Part shown: positions 31,687 to 42,700 of the stretch, piece by piece
How the letters are laid out: each line of letters opens with the position of its first letter
How positions within the stretch are numbered: the stretch's first letter is position 1
NCBI RefSeq assembly: GCF_018977255.1
Contig: NW_024704836.1
Coordinates: forward strand, 124,001-178,384
DNA length: 54,384 bases
Direction of reading: 5' to 3'
From: Callorhinchus milii
Taxonomy: Eukaryota
The notes under the pieces: model-generated
Databases searched by the model: none
Told to the model about the DNA's origin: nothing
What the model saw: the letters and a program-made list of their open reading frames with translations, nothing else
Position numbers and translations under genes: made by a program

Positions 31687-31770
31687 TGCTGTTCATGATG
31701 ATTCATAACAAATAGACAAGCATATATCTGAGTAAACCTTGATGCTCAAAACTTGTTCTGAAAAACAGCA
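31687..31770 (+). ncRNA. SNORD27: C/D snoRNA U27 homologue (predicted 18S Am27)
   Basis: TGCTGTT/AACAGCA stem and ATGATGA. Guide GACAAGCATAT puts nucleotide -5 opposite 18S A27; box D lies 84 nt upstream of the acceptor. Confidence 0.9.
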
Positions 31771-32514
31771 GTGGCCAGAAATGAACCGGTTTTTGTTGTT
31801 CCGGGCGCGTCGCAATCTGAAATGTTGTCCCGTTTCTCCCGGCAGGAGCACGCACCGCTGCTGAATGTGACCTCGTTTGTGCAAGCAAACTCGGCTCTAT
31901 CCCGTCGCCAAGGTTTGTATTTCTCTGGTCTCTGCAGACATCTCATAGCTGCGAGCAGCAGCTGTTTGTGGTGTCACCACTTGGACCTCTTAATCCCTGC
32001 CTGAAGTATTTGCCCGCTGCTTTTTGTAGATTTTAGCTGTTCCAAATGATAACAACAATAATCCTTGCATTTTATATCTTATTATTGGAATATAAATATC
32101 AAAATTTGATCTCTCAAAGACAGGATAAGGCACTACGCCAAATGCAAGGATTATTATTATTATACAGCGCTTGGATCACTTTGTTGGGACGTCTCAACGC
32201 GCTTCACAGAATACACTGTAAAGCGAATTGACTGTGATTTGCGGGTGAATCTCGGCAGCCAATTGCGCACAGCGACATCCCACAAACGGTTGTGGGCTGA
32301 GTGAACAAATTTGTTGGTTTATTCTGTGAAGCGCTCCAGCGAGACGTCTCAATATCAAACTCGAGGATGATTATTGTTAAAATGTGTCTTCTAGGCATAC
32401 GTCTGGGTTTGTCAGAAGCTCAGGAGCAGTCACTTAACAATAACTCTTCCCTTGATAGTGGAACACCTTTATTGCGGGGATGGGTCTGTGTGTGTGGTTA
32501 GGGTGTCACGTTCC

Positions 32515-32614
32515 CTGGTTTGAGAGGATGATATGGGTATTGCCCAGAAATAAGTGGACGGCATATTGTCGACTGATAATACTTTTTGAGTCACCAAAGC
32601 CCTGATCAAACCAG
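32515..32614 (+). ncRNA. Unassigned C/D snoRNA X in the U28 position, with 18S complementarity
   Basis: 9-bp stem CTGGTTTGA/TCAAACCAG, box C AGGATGA, D' CTGA at 32573 and D CTGA at 32602, 80 nt upstream of the acceptor. Guide is GAGTCACCAAAGCC. Confidence 0.78.
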
Positions 32615-33114
32615 TTGTACCTTGCGGTGTAGGTAGGCCGTTAGTTTTGAGTCTGTGCTCACGGTCTCCGCTTGTTCTGTTTCAGGAAATGGCCACGGCT
32701 GGGAAAAGGGGGTACACTTGGTGAGTACTAGTCTCGTTTCAATGTCTCTCGACTTGGAGCCTTTGCGTAGCAGAGCAACTTAGCTTGATCAGCGGCTTAA
32801 GCTTGAACGCTGCACCAGGCTGCAATAGCTACATGACCTGCCCCCCCCCTCCCCCTCCCCGCCAGTATCCCCAGCTTCAATCCCCGCAAACTGCGACTGT
32901 GTTCGCCCGCACTAAACTCCCTCTCCCCTGGCTTGGCGTGGGGTTCCGTGCTGCCAAGTGCTCCCGAGACACTGCCCGGCGTGACAGGCGCAGAGCAAGT
33001 GCATGTTGTCGACGGCCAAACCGCCATCGCCTGTAATTTATCCCTGTATCCTGCGTGCCGGGGAGTTGGGTCAGTGGCAGCCAGGCTTGATTTGTGGTCA
33101 GTGGTAGCGCATTG

Positions 33115-33240
33115 GTCCTCAGGATGACTTCATTGCATGTCTTATGTGTTGTCAGGAGCCAGAACCTGCAAAGGTGAACCCACTGGTATCTGCTGCATGA
33201 AATGAGGCGAACCTGTTACTTGTGAACTGTCTGATAGGAC
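33115..33240 (+). ncRNA. SNORD22: U22 snoRNA homologue (18S processing)
   Basis: GTCCT/AGGAC stem; CATGTCTTA, CCAGAACCTGCAAAGGTGAACCCACTGG and GAACTGTCTGA match recalled human U22. Confidence 0.9.
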
Positions 33241-34203
33241 TAATGTTAGCGCTGCTGTCAATGACAGGGACGGAGCCTGCTGACGGGAGTCTTAATGGGT
33301 CATTTTACTTTTTTTTTTGTAGGCATCACAAAGAAAAGTGGGCCAAACCGGTGAGTAACGCTCGGGTGGAACAAAGTGGGCCGTGTCGTCTTGTTTATTT
33401 GTTATCGCCCACAAAGTAAACTTGGTCACTCCACTTGACAGTGTATCCTGTGAAGCCCCTTGATAACGCTCAATGACATGACGAGGCTCTGTGTCAAATG
33501 CAGTAACGGCCACGACACTCCTTGCATTTGGTAGAGCGCCTCATCACGCCGCTGAGACGTCTCAAAGCGCTTCACAGAATAGGCTGTAAAATGGATTGAC
33601 TGCCAGGATTCTTCTTCTTGTGTACGTGACGAGTGTTGCTATGATGGTGTTGTGCCCAGGATTAAAACGAGTTGAGACGCTCTGGGTAGTGTGTAGTCTG
33701 TCGCAGGTCTAGTTGGAAGTCCCAGTTTACCTCGTTTAAATCTTGGCCAGTCTAGAATGAGCGGTGTTAGGCCACTTGCTTATTTCCTCGGCCAGTCGTG
33801 GAGTCCTGTTAGAGCCTGCGAGAGGACCCAGGTTCGATCCCCGGGCGGGGCGAAACGTTGGGCGAGTTTCCTTGCTCCGCACACACCGCTTGCGACTGTT
33901 TACCCAGCAGTAAGGAGGAACCCAGTTGTTCCATCGATTGGCTTTTCCAGGGGTATTGATTCCTTCCATAATAATAATAATAATAAATTGGTTGCTCAAT
34001 GTTTGTGGGGTGTCGCTGAGCGCAGTCGGCTGCCGCGTTTCGCCCACAGAAGACACGCAATCACTGCGCTTTGCAGTATGTCCTGTGGAGCGCTTTGAGA
34101 TACCCTTGAGGCCAAGATAAGGCGCTATATCAAATGCAAGGATCATTATTATCATATAGCCATCAGTTCCCACAGACGATGCTGTCTCTGCAAGCTCTCC
34201 TCC

Positions 34204-34275
34204 GAAGTGCAATGATGAGGAACCTAGCTCACTTTGAATCCGTGTGAAAGCAACATTAAAAGCCTGAGCAACTTC
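34204..34275 (+). ncRNA. SNORD29: C/D snoRNA U29 homologue
   Basis: ATGATGA, guide CCTAGCTCAC (28S GUGAGCUGGG region) and box D at 34264, about 80 nt upstream of the acceptor. Confidence 0.85.
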
Positions 34276-35027
34276 TGATAGTGTGTTAACGTCTCTGGGG
34301 TGCTGCCTTCTATCACCCTGCTGAACTGTCCCTTTCCTTTCCAGTCCAGGCAAATGACCGCTGCGACTGACCGCTGAGTGGTGAGTAAATTCTTGTGCGC
34401 GTTGTCTGAATGTCCACTGTTATCGTCTTAAATCAACAAAGCACAGTGATGGTAACTTAAGGCTGTATCAGTTGAGTCCTATAGCTCAGTGGTAAGAGCA
34501 CAAGCGAGAGGACCTGGGTTCAATTCCCAGGTCAGGGAAGTTTAGACAAGTTTCCTTACCTTTCACACTCACACCGTTGTTTACCGAGCAGTAGGTAGGA
34601 CCCCGGTTGTTAGTCGATCAGTGGATCACTTTTTAAGGGGGGAGTAATCCCTTCAAAGTGCTACTAATATTATTATTGTTGGGTACCAAGTAACCTTGGA
34701 CCGGGTGTTCTGCGCGGGTTACATTTCCAGAAGGCCAAACAACCCCACGCAACACAACCTGCATTTACGCAGTGCCCTTCACGTGGGGCAGGAGTGTCCG
34801 CAGGGCACTTGACCAACGGTGGCATCTGACAACACGCCGAGGGCAGTGAGCGTAAGCACGGTCAAAAAAGGAAGGTCTTTAGGTGGGGTCTGAAGGTCGG
34901 GAGGGGGGAGAGGCAGAGGGATTGGTGGGGGAGAGAGAGAGTTCCATACCTCAGATGTGCGATCGCACACTCCAATCTGGGATGCACCTTATCTGAAACC
35001 CCCCCCCCCTCACCGCCGCCATCTTGT

Positions 35028-35103
35028 TTGCTTGTATGATGATCTCACTCATGGAATCTCGTTCGACTGAACTTGTGATGTTACTCCGTGGTCTGAACAG
35101 CAA
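35028..35103 (+). ncRNA. SNORD30: C/D snoRNA U30 homologue
   Basis: ATGATGA and guide ATGGAATCTCGTTCG-A-CTGA as in recalled human U30; box D lies 80 nt upstream of the acceptor. Confidence 0.9.
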
Positions 35104-35740
35104 CGATCTCTCGTGCGGTGTGGCATTCGTTGGGTACGAGCCTGAGAGTTGAGCGGTTCCTTGCGTTTTATTTCAGAGCGAAAGTGGTCCCGTCGAAATC
35201 CCAACGCCCGCAAACAGCGTTCGAAAAGCGATCCAGGTGAGTGTGGTCGATGTGTTTGACACTCAAGTCAGCATCCAACCTCCCTTGTCTAAACTCCGGT
35301 GGCTTTGTTGGTCAACAATAATTTTGAGGACCTGTTTTTGGTTCCCAGGCGGGGCAAAATCTTTCTTAAGCAAGTTCTCACACACACACGCGTGCACACA
35401 CAAAATACAGTCACTGCTATGTCAAATGCAAGGATTATTATTATTAACTTGCAACGAGTAGGAATCCGGTCGTTGGTGGATTAGGTGAATCAAAATAATA
35501 ATAATTTGGCCACTCAATCCACGCCCGCTTGCCTTACGCAATTGGCTGCCGCGTTTCGCCCACAAAATGTCCAGTCGATGCGCTTGGCGGTGTATGCCGG
35601 AAGCGATCTGAGACGACTCGATGAGCGTGATTGGGACGCTGCATCAAACCCGGGGGTTATTGTGAAAAGTACATGCTGAAGCAGACGCCTAGGGGGTGTC
35701 CGGCTTCGCCCAGAGAGTGCCGGCTGCCCACGTTTGGAAT

Positions 35741-35825
35741 CCATCTGAAATGATGTTTAAACCACTATACCCTGAGTCGGTCTCGCGACTGACTGTGACC
35801 CAGGCAATCCGTTCTGAACAGATGG
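35741..35825 (+). ncRNA. Unassigned (orphan) C/D snoRNA candidate Y
   Basis: CCATCTG/CAGATGG stem, box C ATGATGT, internal CTGA at 35772 and 35789, and box D at 35814, 84 nt upstream of the acceptor at 35901. Confidence 0.68.
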
Positions 35826-36292
35826 GATTTGACAGTGGGCGGGCGGGCCGGAGTGGGGGTACCTGGAGTAACCGACCCCGTTTGTCTGTGTTCCTTTGCA
35901 GGCACGAAACTCGGGAGCAACCGGCAAAGGTGAGCAGCAACCTGGGTAGCGTTGACAGTGGCTGAGCTGGGGGTGGGGTATGACCGTAGGCACCTCTCGA
36001 AGAGGAAGGTCTTCAGACACAACCTGAGGATCAGGATAATAATATTAATAAGACTTGCATTTGACACAGCGCCTCGTCATGTCTTTGAGACGTAGCAAAG
36101 CGCTTCACGGGACACACTGCAAAGTGTAGTAACTGTATTTTCTGGGCGAGAGATGTGGAAGGAAGGGGCAAGGCGGGTGAGGGGAGAGAGGAAGTGTCCC
36201 GGAGTTTCAGGATGTAGTGGCTGAAAGTACACTCATCCATTCCACCACCAGCGGCCGTGCTCTCAGCCGCCGTGCTCTACAGTAAAGCCCGA

Positions 36293-36366
36293 CTTCTTGT
36301 AATGACACTGTTACCGCCCCACTCTGTCTGAAATAAAGTGACTGATTGGTAACGTTCTGACTGGAG
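36293..36366 (+). ncRNA. SNORD31: First U31-like copy (class B prototype)
   Basis: GTAATGA..TTACCGCCCCACTCTGTCTGA..GTGACTGA..GGTAACGTTCTGA. Later class B copies with box C GTGATGA start at 37692, 38969, 40391, 41772, 43094, 44515, 45892, 47311, 48689, 50115, 51534, 52926 and 54297. Confidence 0.7.
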
Positions 36367-36708
36367 CCTTGGAATGCGCTCTCTCTTTCTCTCCTCTCTC
36401 CCTGGAGGGGCGCACCCTGCTTACCCAAGTATTAGGCGCAGGTTGGCAAGAGCCGAGACTTTTTGGCGGGCGGGGTTAACAGAGGTTAGCCGAGATCGCG
36501 GCGAAATTAGACATGATCAGGCGCTGGGTCAAACTCAGAAAGATTATTATTATTTAAGTAACGGGCAAAGTGAACTTTCTCCGCAGGACCTTGTACCTTA
36601 CGGAGCTGTGGAGGACAAAAGAGATCAGACCGAGGTAAGGTCGAGACACGTGTCCGCTCCACTCTTTAGGGGGTGGTGGTTTTCGCTGGAGGAATTAGTT
36701 TTAGCGGC

Positions 36709-36776
36709 TAAATATGTTGAGCCTGTTATCGCCCCAGTCTGATTGTTGGTGACTGAAACGGTAACCTCTGATTCAC
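36709..36776 (+). ncRNA. SNORD31: U31-like snoRNA class A (first of 13 copies)
   Basis: ATGTTGA..TATCGCCCCAGT-CTGA..GTGACTGAAACGGT..CTGA matches recalled human U31 (ACCGCCCCAGTCTGA..GTGACTGAAAGGT). Box C starts at 36714, 38136, 39418, 40839, 42223, 43542, 44958, 46336, 47757, 49139, 50564, 51974 and 53369. Confidence 0.8.
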
Positions 36777-39700
36777 TGCTGCTTTATCAGCATTTAACGG
36801 CCAGAGGACTCTTGTCCAGGGTTGGTTTTCGATCAGCCGGGTGTCTGACCACGCACGGAAACCCGGCACCGTGACCAGCCGGGTGTCTGACACGCACGGA
36901 AACCCGGCACCGTGACCAGCCGGGTGTCTGACACGCACGGAAACCCGGCACCGTGACCAGCCGGGTGTCTGACACGCGTGGACGCCTGTCCCCGTTTGCT
37001 TAAGGGTATCCAAACCCGACTGAGGATTCCCCACGTCCCACCCACACCCCAGAGTGTGCTGTCTGGCCAAGCTTTCCCGCTGCTTGTCCAGCGAGGACCC
37101 ACCCTCCCCGTTACTTATAGGGCTTTGGCTGCAGGATTAACAGGAGCTGAGGGAGGATTCCCTCAGTTTTAGGCCGGTCAGACAGGAGGTAGAGGGGAAG
37201 ACTAACATTGCTGCTTTGCTTGACCTTACCGGACCTTCTTTTCTATTTCAGCTATAACCAGGACATGAAGTGTTTGCTGGATTAAGGGGAACAGTGGGCT
37301 GACTCACTGAGGGCTGAACAGGTTCTTGTGGGACGGTAACCTTTCACCAATAGACACCAATCAATACTGGTGACCATTGAGGTTCACACGCAACTTACTT
37401 ACCTGGTGAGTTTCTGGGATCGCATCACAGAGTGGGGGTGGGGGAGAGGCTCACCTCATATGTTAAGCTGTCGGCTTCCCTTCAGAAAGAAAATAGGGGT
37501 AATAACTCGGTCACTCGACCCACGGCTGTTTGTGGGGACGTCGCTGGGCGCAATGGGCTGCCAGGTTTTGCCCCTCGGGAACGCACAGTCACTACGCTTT
37601 GCTGCGTATCCTGCAATGGGGTTGGAGACCTCTATTTGGGTCAAATGACGAGGGTTATTATCAGGCGGTGTACAGTAAAGCCCGGCTCTCTGTGATGACT
37701 CTGTTCCCGCCCACTTTGTCTGATATAAAGTGACTGAATGGTAACGTTCTGACTGGAGCCTTGGAATGCGCTCTCTCTCTCTCTCCTCCTCCCTCCCTCC
37801 CTGGAGGGGCGCACCCTGCTTACCCAATTCCGGAGAGTATTAGGCGCAGGTTGGCAGGAGCCGAGTCTTTTTGGCGGGGGGGGGGAGTTAACGGAGGTTA
37901 GTCGAGATCACAGCGAAATTTGCGCTTTTGAGACGTGATCAGGCGCTGCGTCAACCTCAGAAAGATTATTATTATTTAAGTAACGGGCAAAGTGATCTTT
38001 CTTCGCAGGACCTTGTACCTTACGGAGCTGTGGAGGACAAAAGAGATCAGACCGAGGTAAGGTCGAGACACGTGTCCGCTCCACTCTTTAGCGGGTGGTG
38101 GTTTTCGCTGGAGGAATTAGTTTTAGCGGCTAAATATGTTGAGCCTGTTATCGCCCCAGTCTGATTGTTGGTGACTGAAACGGTAACCTCTGATTCACTG
38201 CTGCTTTATCAGCATTTAACGGCCAGAGGACTCTTGTCCAGGGTTGGTTTTCGATCAGCCGGGTGTCTGACAACGCACGGAAACCCGGCGCCGTGACCAG
38301 CCGGGTGTCTGACACGCACGGAAACCCGGCACCGTGACCAGCCGGGTGTTTGACACGCACGGAAACCCGGCACCGTGACCAGCCGGGTGTCTGACACGCG
38401 TGGACACCTGTCCCCGTTTGCTTAAGGGTCTCCAAACCCGACTGAGGATTCCCCACGTCCCACCCACACCCCAGAGTGTGCTGTCTGGCCAAGCTTTCCC
38501 GCTGCTTGTCCAGCGAGGACCCACCCTCCCCGTTACTTATAGGGCTTTGGCTGCAGGATTAACAGGAGCTGAGGGAGGATTCCCTCAGTTTTAGGCCGGT
38601 CAGACAGTAGGTAGAGGGGAAGACTAACATTGCTGCTTTGCTTGACCTTACCGGACCTTCTTTTCTATTTCAGCTTTTACCAGGACATGAAGTGTTTGCT
38701 GGATTAAGGGGAACAGTGGGCTGACTCACTGAGGGCTGAACAGGTTCTTGTGGGACGGTAACCTTTCACCAATAGACACCAATCAATACTTGTGACCATT
38801 GAGGTTCACACGCAACTGACTTACCTGGTGAGTTTCTGGGATCGCATCACAGAGTGGGGGGGGGAGAGGCTCACCTCATATGTTAAGCTGTCGGCTTCCC
38901 TTCAGAAAGAAAATAGGGGGAATGACGAGGGTTATTATCAGGCGGTGTACAGTAAAGCCCGGCTCTCTGTGATGACTCTGTGCCCACCCACTTTGTCTGA
39001 TATAAAGTGACTGAATGGTAACGTTCTGACTGGAGCCTTGGGATGCGCTCTCTCTCTCTCTCCTCCCTCCCTCCCTGGAGGGGCGCACCCTGCTTACCCA
39101 ATTCCGGAGAGTATTAGGCGCAGGTTGGCAGGAGCCGAGTCTTTTTGGCGGGGGGGGGGTGGGGTGGAGTTAACGGAGGTTAGTCGAGATCACAGCGAAA
39201 TTTGCGCTTTTGAGACGTGATCAGGCGCTGCGTCAACCTCAGAAAGATTATTATTATTTAAGTAACGGGCAAAGTGATCTTTCTTCGCAGGACCTTGTAC
39301 CTTACGGAGCTGTGGAGGACAAAAGAGATCAGACCGAGGTAAGGTCGAGACACGTGTCCGCTCCACTCTTTAGCGGGTGGTGGTTTTCGCTGGAGGAATT
39401 AGTTTTAGCGGCTAAATATGTTGAGCCTGTTATCGCCCCAGTCTGATTGTTGGTGACTGAAACGGTTACCTCTGATTCACTGCTGCTTTATCAGCATTTA
39501 ACGGCCAGAGGACTCTTGTCCAGGGTTGGTTTTCGATCAGCCGGGTGTCTGACAACGCACGGAAACCCGGCACCGTGACCAGCCGGGTGTCTGACACGCA
39601 CGGAAACCCGGCACCGTGACCAGCCGGGTGTCTGACACGCACGGAAACCCGGCACCGTGACCAGCCGGGTGTCTGACACGCGTGGACGCCTGTCCCCGTT

Positions 39701-42700
39701 TGCTTAAGGGTATCCAAACCCGACTGAGGATTCCCCACGTCCCACCCACACCCCAGAGTGTGCTGTCTGGCCAAGCTTTCCCGCTGCTTGTCCAGCGAGG
39801 ACCCACCCTCCCCGTTACTTATAGGGCTTTGGCTGCAGGATTAACAGGAGCTGAGGGAGGATTCCCTCAGTTTTAGGCCGGTCAGACAGTAGGTAGAGGG
39901 GAAGACTAACATTGCTGCTTTGCTTGACCTTACCGGACCTTCTTTTCTATTTCAGCTATAACCAGGACATGAAGTGTTTGCTGGATTAAGGGGAACAGTG
40001 GGCTGACTCACTGAGGGCTGAACAGGTTCTTGTGGGACGGTAACCTTTCACCAATAGACACCAATCAATACTGGTGACCATTGAGGTTCACACGCAACTT
40101 ACTTACCTGGTGAGTTTCTGGGATCGCATCACAGAGTGGGGGGAGAGGCTCACCTCACATGTTAAGCTGTCGGCTTCCCTTCAGAAAGAAAATAGGGGTA
40201 ATAACTCGGTCACTCGACCCACGGCTGTTTGTGGGGACGTCGCTGGGCGCAATGGGCTGCCAGGTTTTGCCCCTCGGGAACGCACAGTCACTACGCTTTG
40301 CTGCGTATCCTGCAATGGGGTTGGAGACCTCTATTTCGGTCAAATGACGAGGGTTATTATCAGGCGGTGTACAGTAAAGCCCGGCTCTCTGTGATGACTC
40401 TGTTCCCGCCCACTTTGTCTGATATAAAGTGACTGAATGGTAACGTTCTGACTGGAGCCTTGGGATGCGCTCTCTCTCTCTCTCTCCTCCTCCCTCCCTC
40501 CCTGGAGGGGCGCACCCTGCTTACCCAATTCCGGAGAGTATTAGGCGCAGGTTGGCAGGAGCCGAGTCTTTTTGGCGGGGGGGGGGGGAGTTAACGGAGG
40601 TTAGCCGAGATCACAGCGAAATTTGCGCTTTTGAGACGTGATCAGGCGCTGCGTCAACCTCAGAAAGATTATTATTATTTAAGTAACGGGCAAAGTGATC
40701 TTTCTTCGCAGGACCTTGTACCTTACGGAGCTGTGGAGGACAAAAGAGATCAGACCGAGGTAAGGTCGAGACACGTGTCCGCTCCACTCTTTAGCGGGTG
40801 GTGGTTTTCGCTGGAGGAATTAGTTTTAGCGGCTAAATATGTTGAGCCTGTTATCGCCCCAGTCTGATTGTTGGTGACTGAAACGGTAACCTCTGATTCA
40901 CTGCTGCTTTATCAGCATTTAACGGCCAGAGGACTCTTGTCCAGGGTTGGTTTTCGATCAGCCGGGTGTCTGACACGCACGGAAACCCGGCACCGTGACC
41001 AGCCGGGTGTCTGACACGCACGGAAACCCGGCACCGTGACCAGCCCCGGTGTCTGACACGCGTGGACGCCTGTCCCCGTTTGCTTAAGGGTATCCAAACC
41101 CGACTGAGGATTCCCCACGTCCCACCCACACCCCAGAGTGTGCTGTCTGGCCAAGCTTTCCCGCTGCTTGTCCAGCGAGGACCCACCCTCCCCGTTACTT
41201 ATAGGGCTTTGGCTGCAGGATTAACAGGAGCTGAGGGAGGATTCCCTCAGTTTTAGGCCGGTCAGACAGTAGGTAGAGGGGAAGACTAACATTGCTGCTT
41301 TGCTTGACCTTACCGGACCTTCTTTTCTATTTCAGCTATAACCAGGACATGAAGTGTTTGCTGGATTAAGGGGAACAGTGGGCTGACTCACTGAGGGCTG
41401 AACAGGTTCTTGTGGGACGGTAACCTTTCACCAATAGACACCAATCAATACTGGTGACCATTGAGGTTCACACGCAACTTACTTACCTGGTGAGTTTCTG
41501 GGATCGCATCACAGAGTGGGGGGGGGAGGCTCACCTCACATGTTAAGCTGTCGGCTTCCCTTCAGAAAGAAAATAGGGGTAATAACTCGGTCACTCGACC
41601 CACGGCTGTTTGTGGGGACGTCGCTGGGCGCAATGGGCTGCCAGGTTTTGCCCCTCGGGAACGCACAGTCACTACGCTTTGCTGCGTATCCTGCAATGGG
41701 GTTGGAGACCTCTATTTGGGTCAAATGACGAGGGTTATTATCAGGCGGTGTACAGTAAAGCCCGGCTCTCTGTGATGACTCTGTTCCCGCCCACTTTGTC
41801 TGATATAAAGTGACTGAATGGTAACGTTCTGACTGGAGCCTTGGGATGCGCTCTCTCTCTCTCTCTCTCCTCCTCCCTCCCTCCCTGGAGGGGCGCACCC
41901 TGCTTACCCAATTCCGGAGAGTATTAGGCGCAGGTTGGCAGGAGCCGAGTCTTTTTGGCGGGGGGGGGGGGGAGTTAACGGAGGTTAGCCGAGATCACAG
42001 CGAAATTTGCGCTTTTGAGACGTGATCAGGCGCTGCGTCAACCTCAGAAAGATTATTATTATTTAAGTAACGGGCAAAGTGATCTTTCTTCGCAGGACCT
42101 TGTACCTTACGGAGCTGTGGAGGACAAAAGAGATCAGACCGAGGTAAGGTCGAGACACGTGTCCGCTCCACTCTTTAGCGGGTGGTGGTTTTCGCTGGAG
42201 GAATTAGTTTTAGCGGCTAAATATGTTGAGCCTGTTATCGCCCCAGTCTGATTGTTGGTGACTGAAACGGTAACCTCTGATTCACTGCTGCTTTATCAGC
42301 ATTTAACGGCCAGAGGACTCTTGTCCAGGGTTGGTTTTCGATCAGCCGGGTGTCTGACAACGCACGGAAACCCGGCACCGTGACCAGCCGGGTGTCTGAC
42401 ACGCACGGAAACCCGGCACCGTGACCAGCCGGGTGTCTGACACGCACGGAAACCCGGCACCGTGACCAGCCGGGTGTCTGACACGCACGGAAACCCGGCA
42501 CCGTGACCAGCCGGGTGTCTGACACGCGTGGACGCCTGTCCCCGTTTGCTTAAGGGTCTCCAAACCCGACTGAGGATTCCCCACGTCCCACCCACACCCC
42601 AGAGTGTGCTGTCTGGCCAAGCTTTCCCGCTGCTTGTCCAGCGAGGACCCACCCTCCCCGTTACTTATAGGGCTTTGGCTGCAGGATTAACAGGAGCTGA

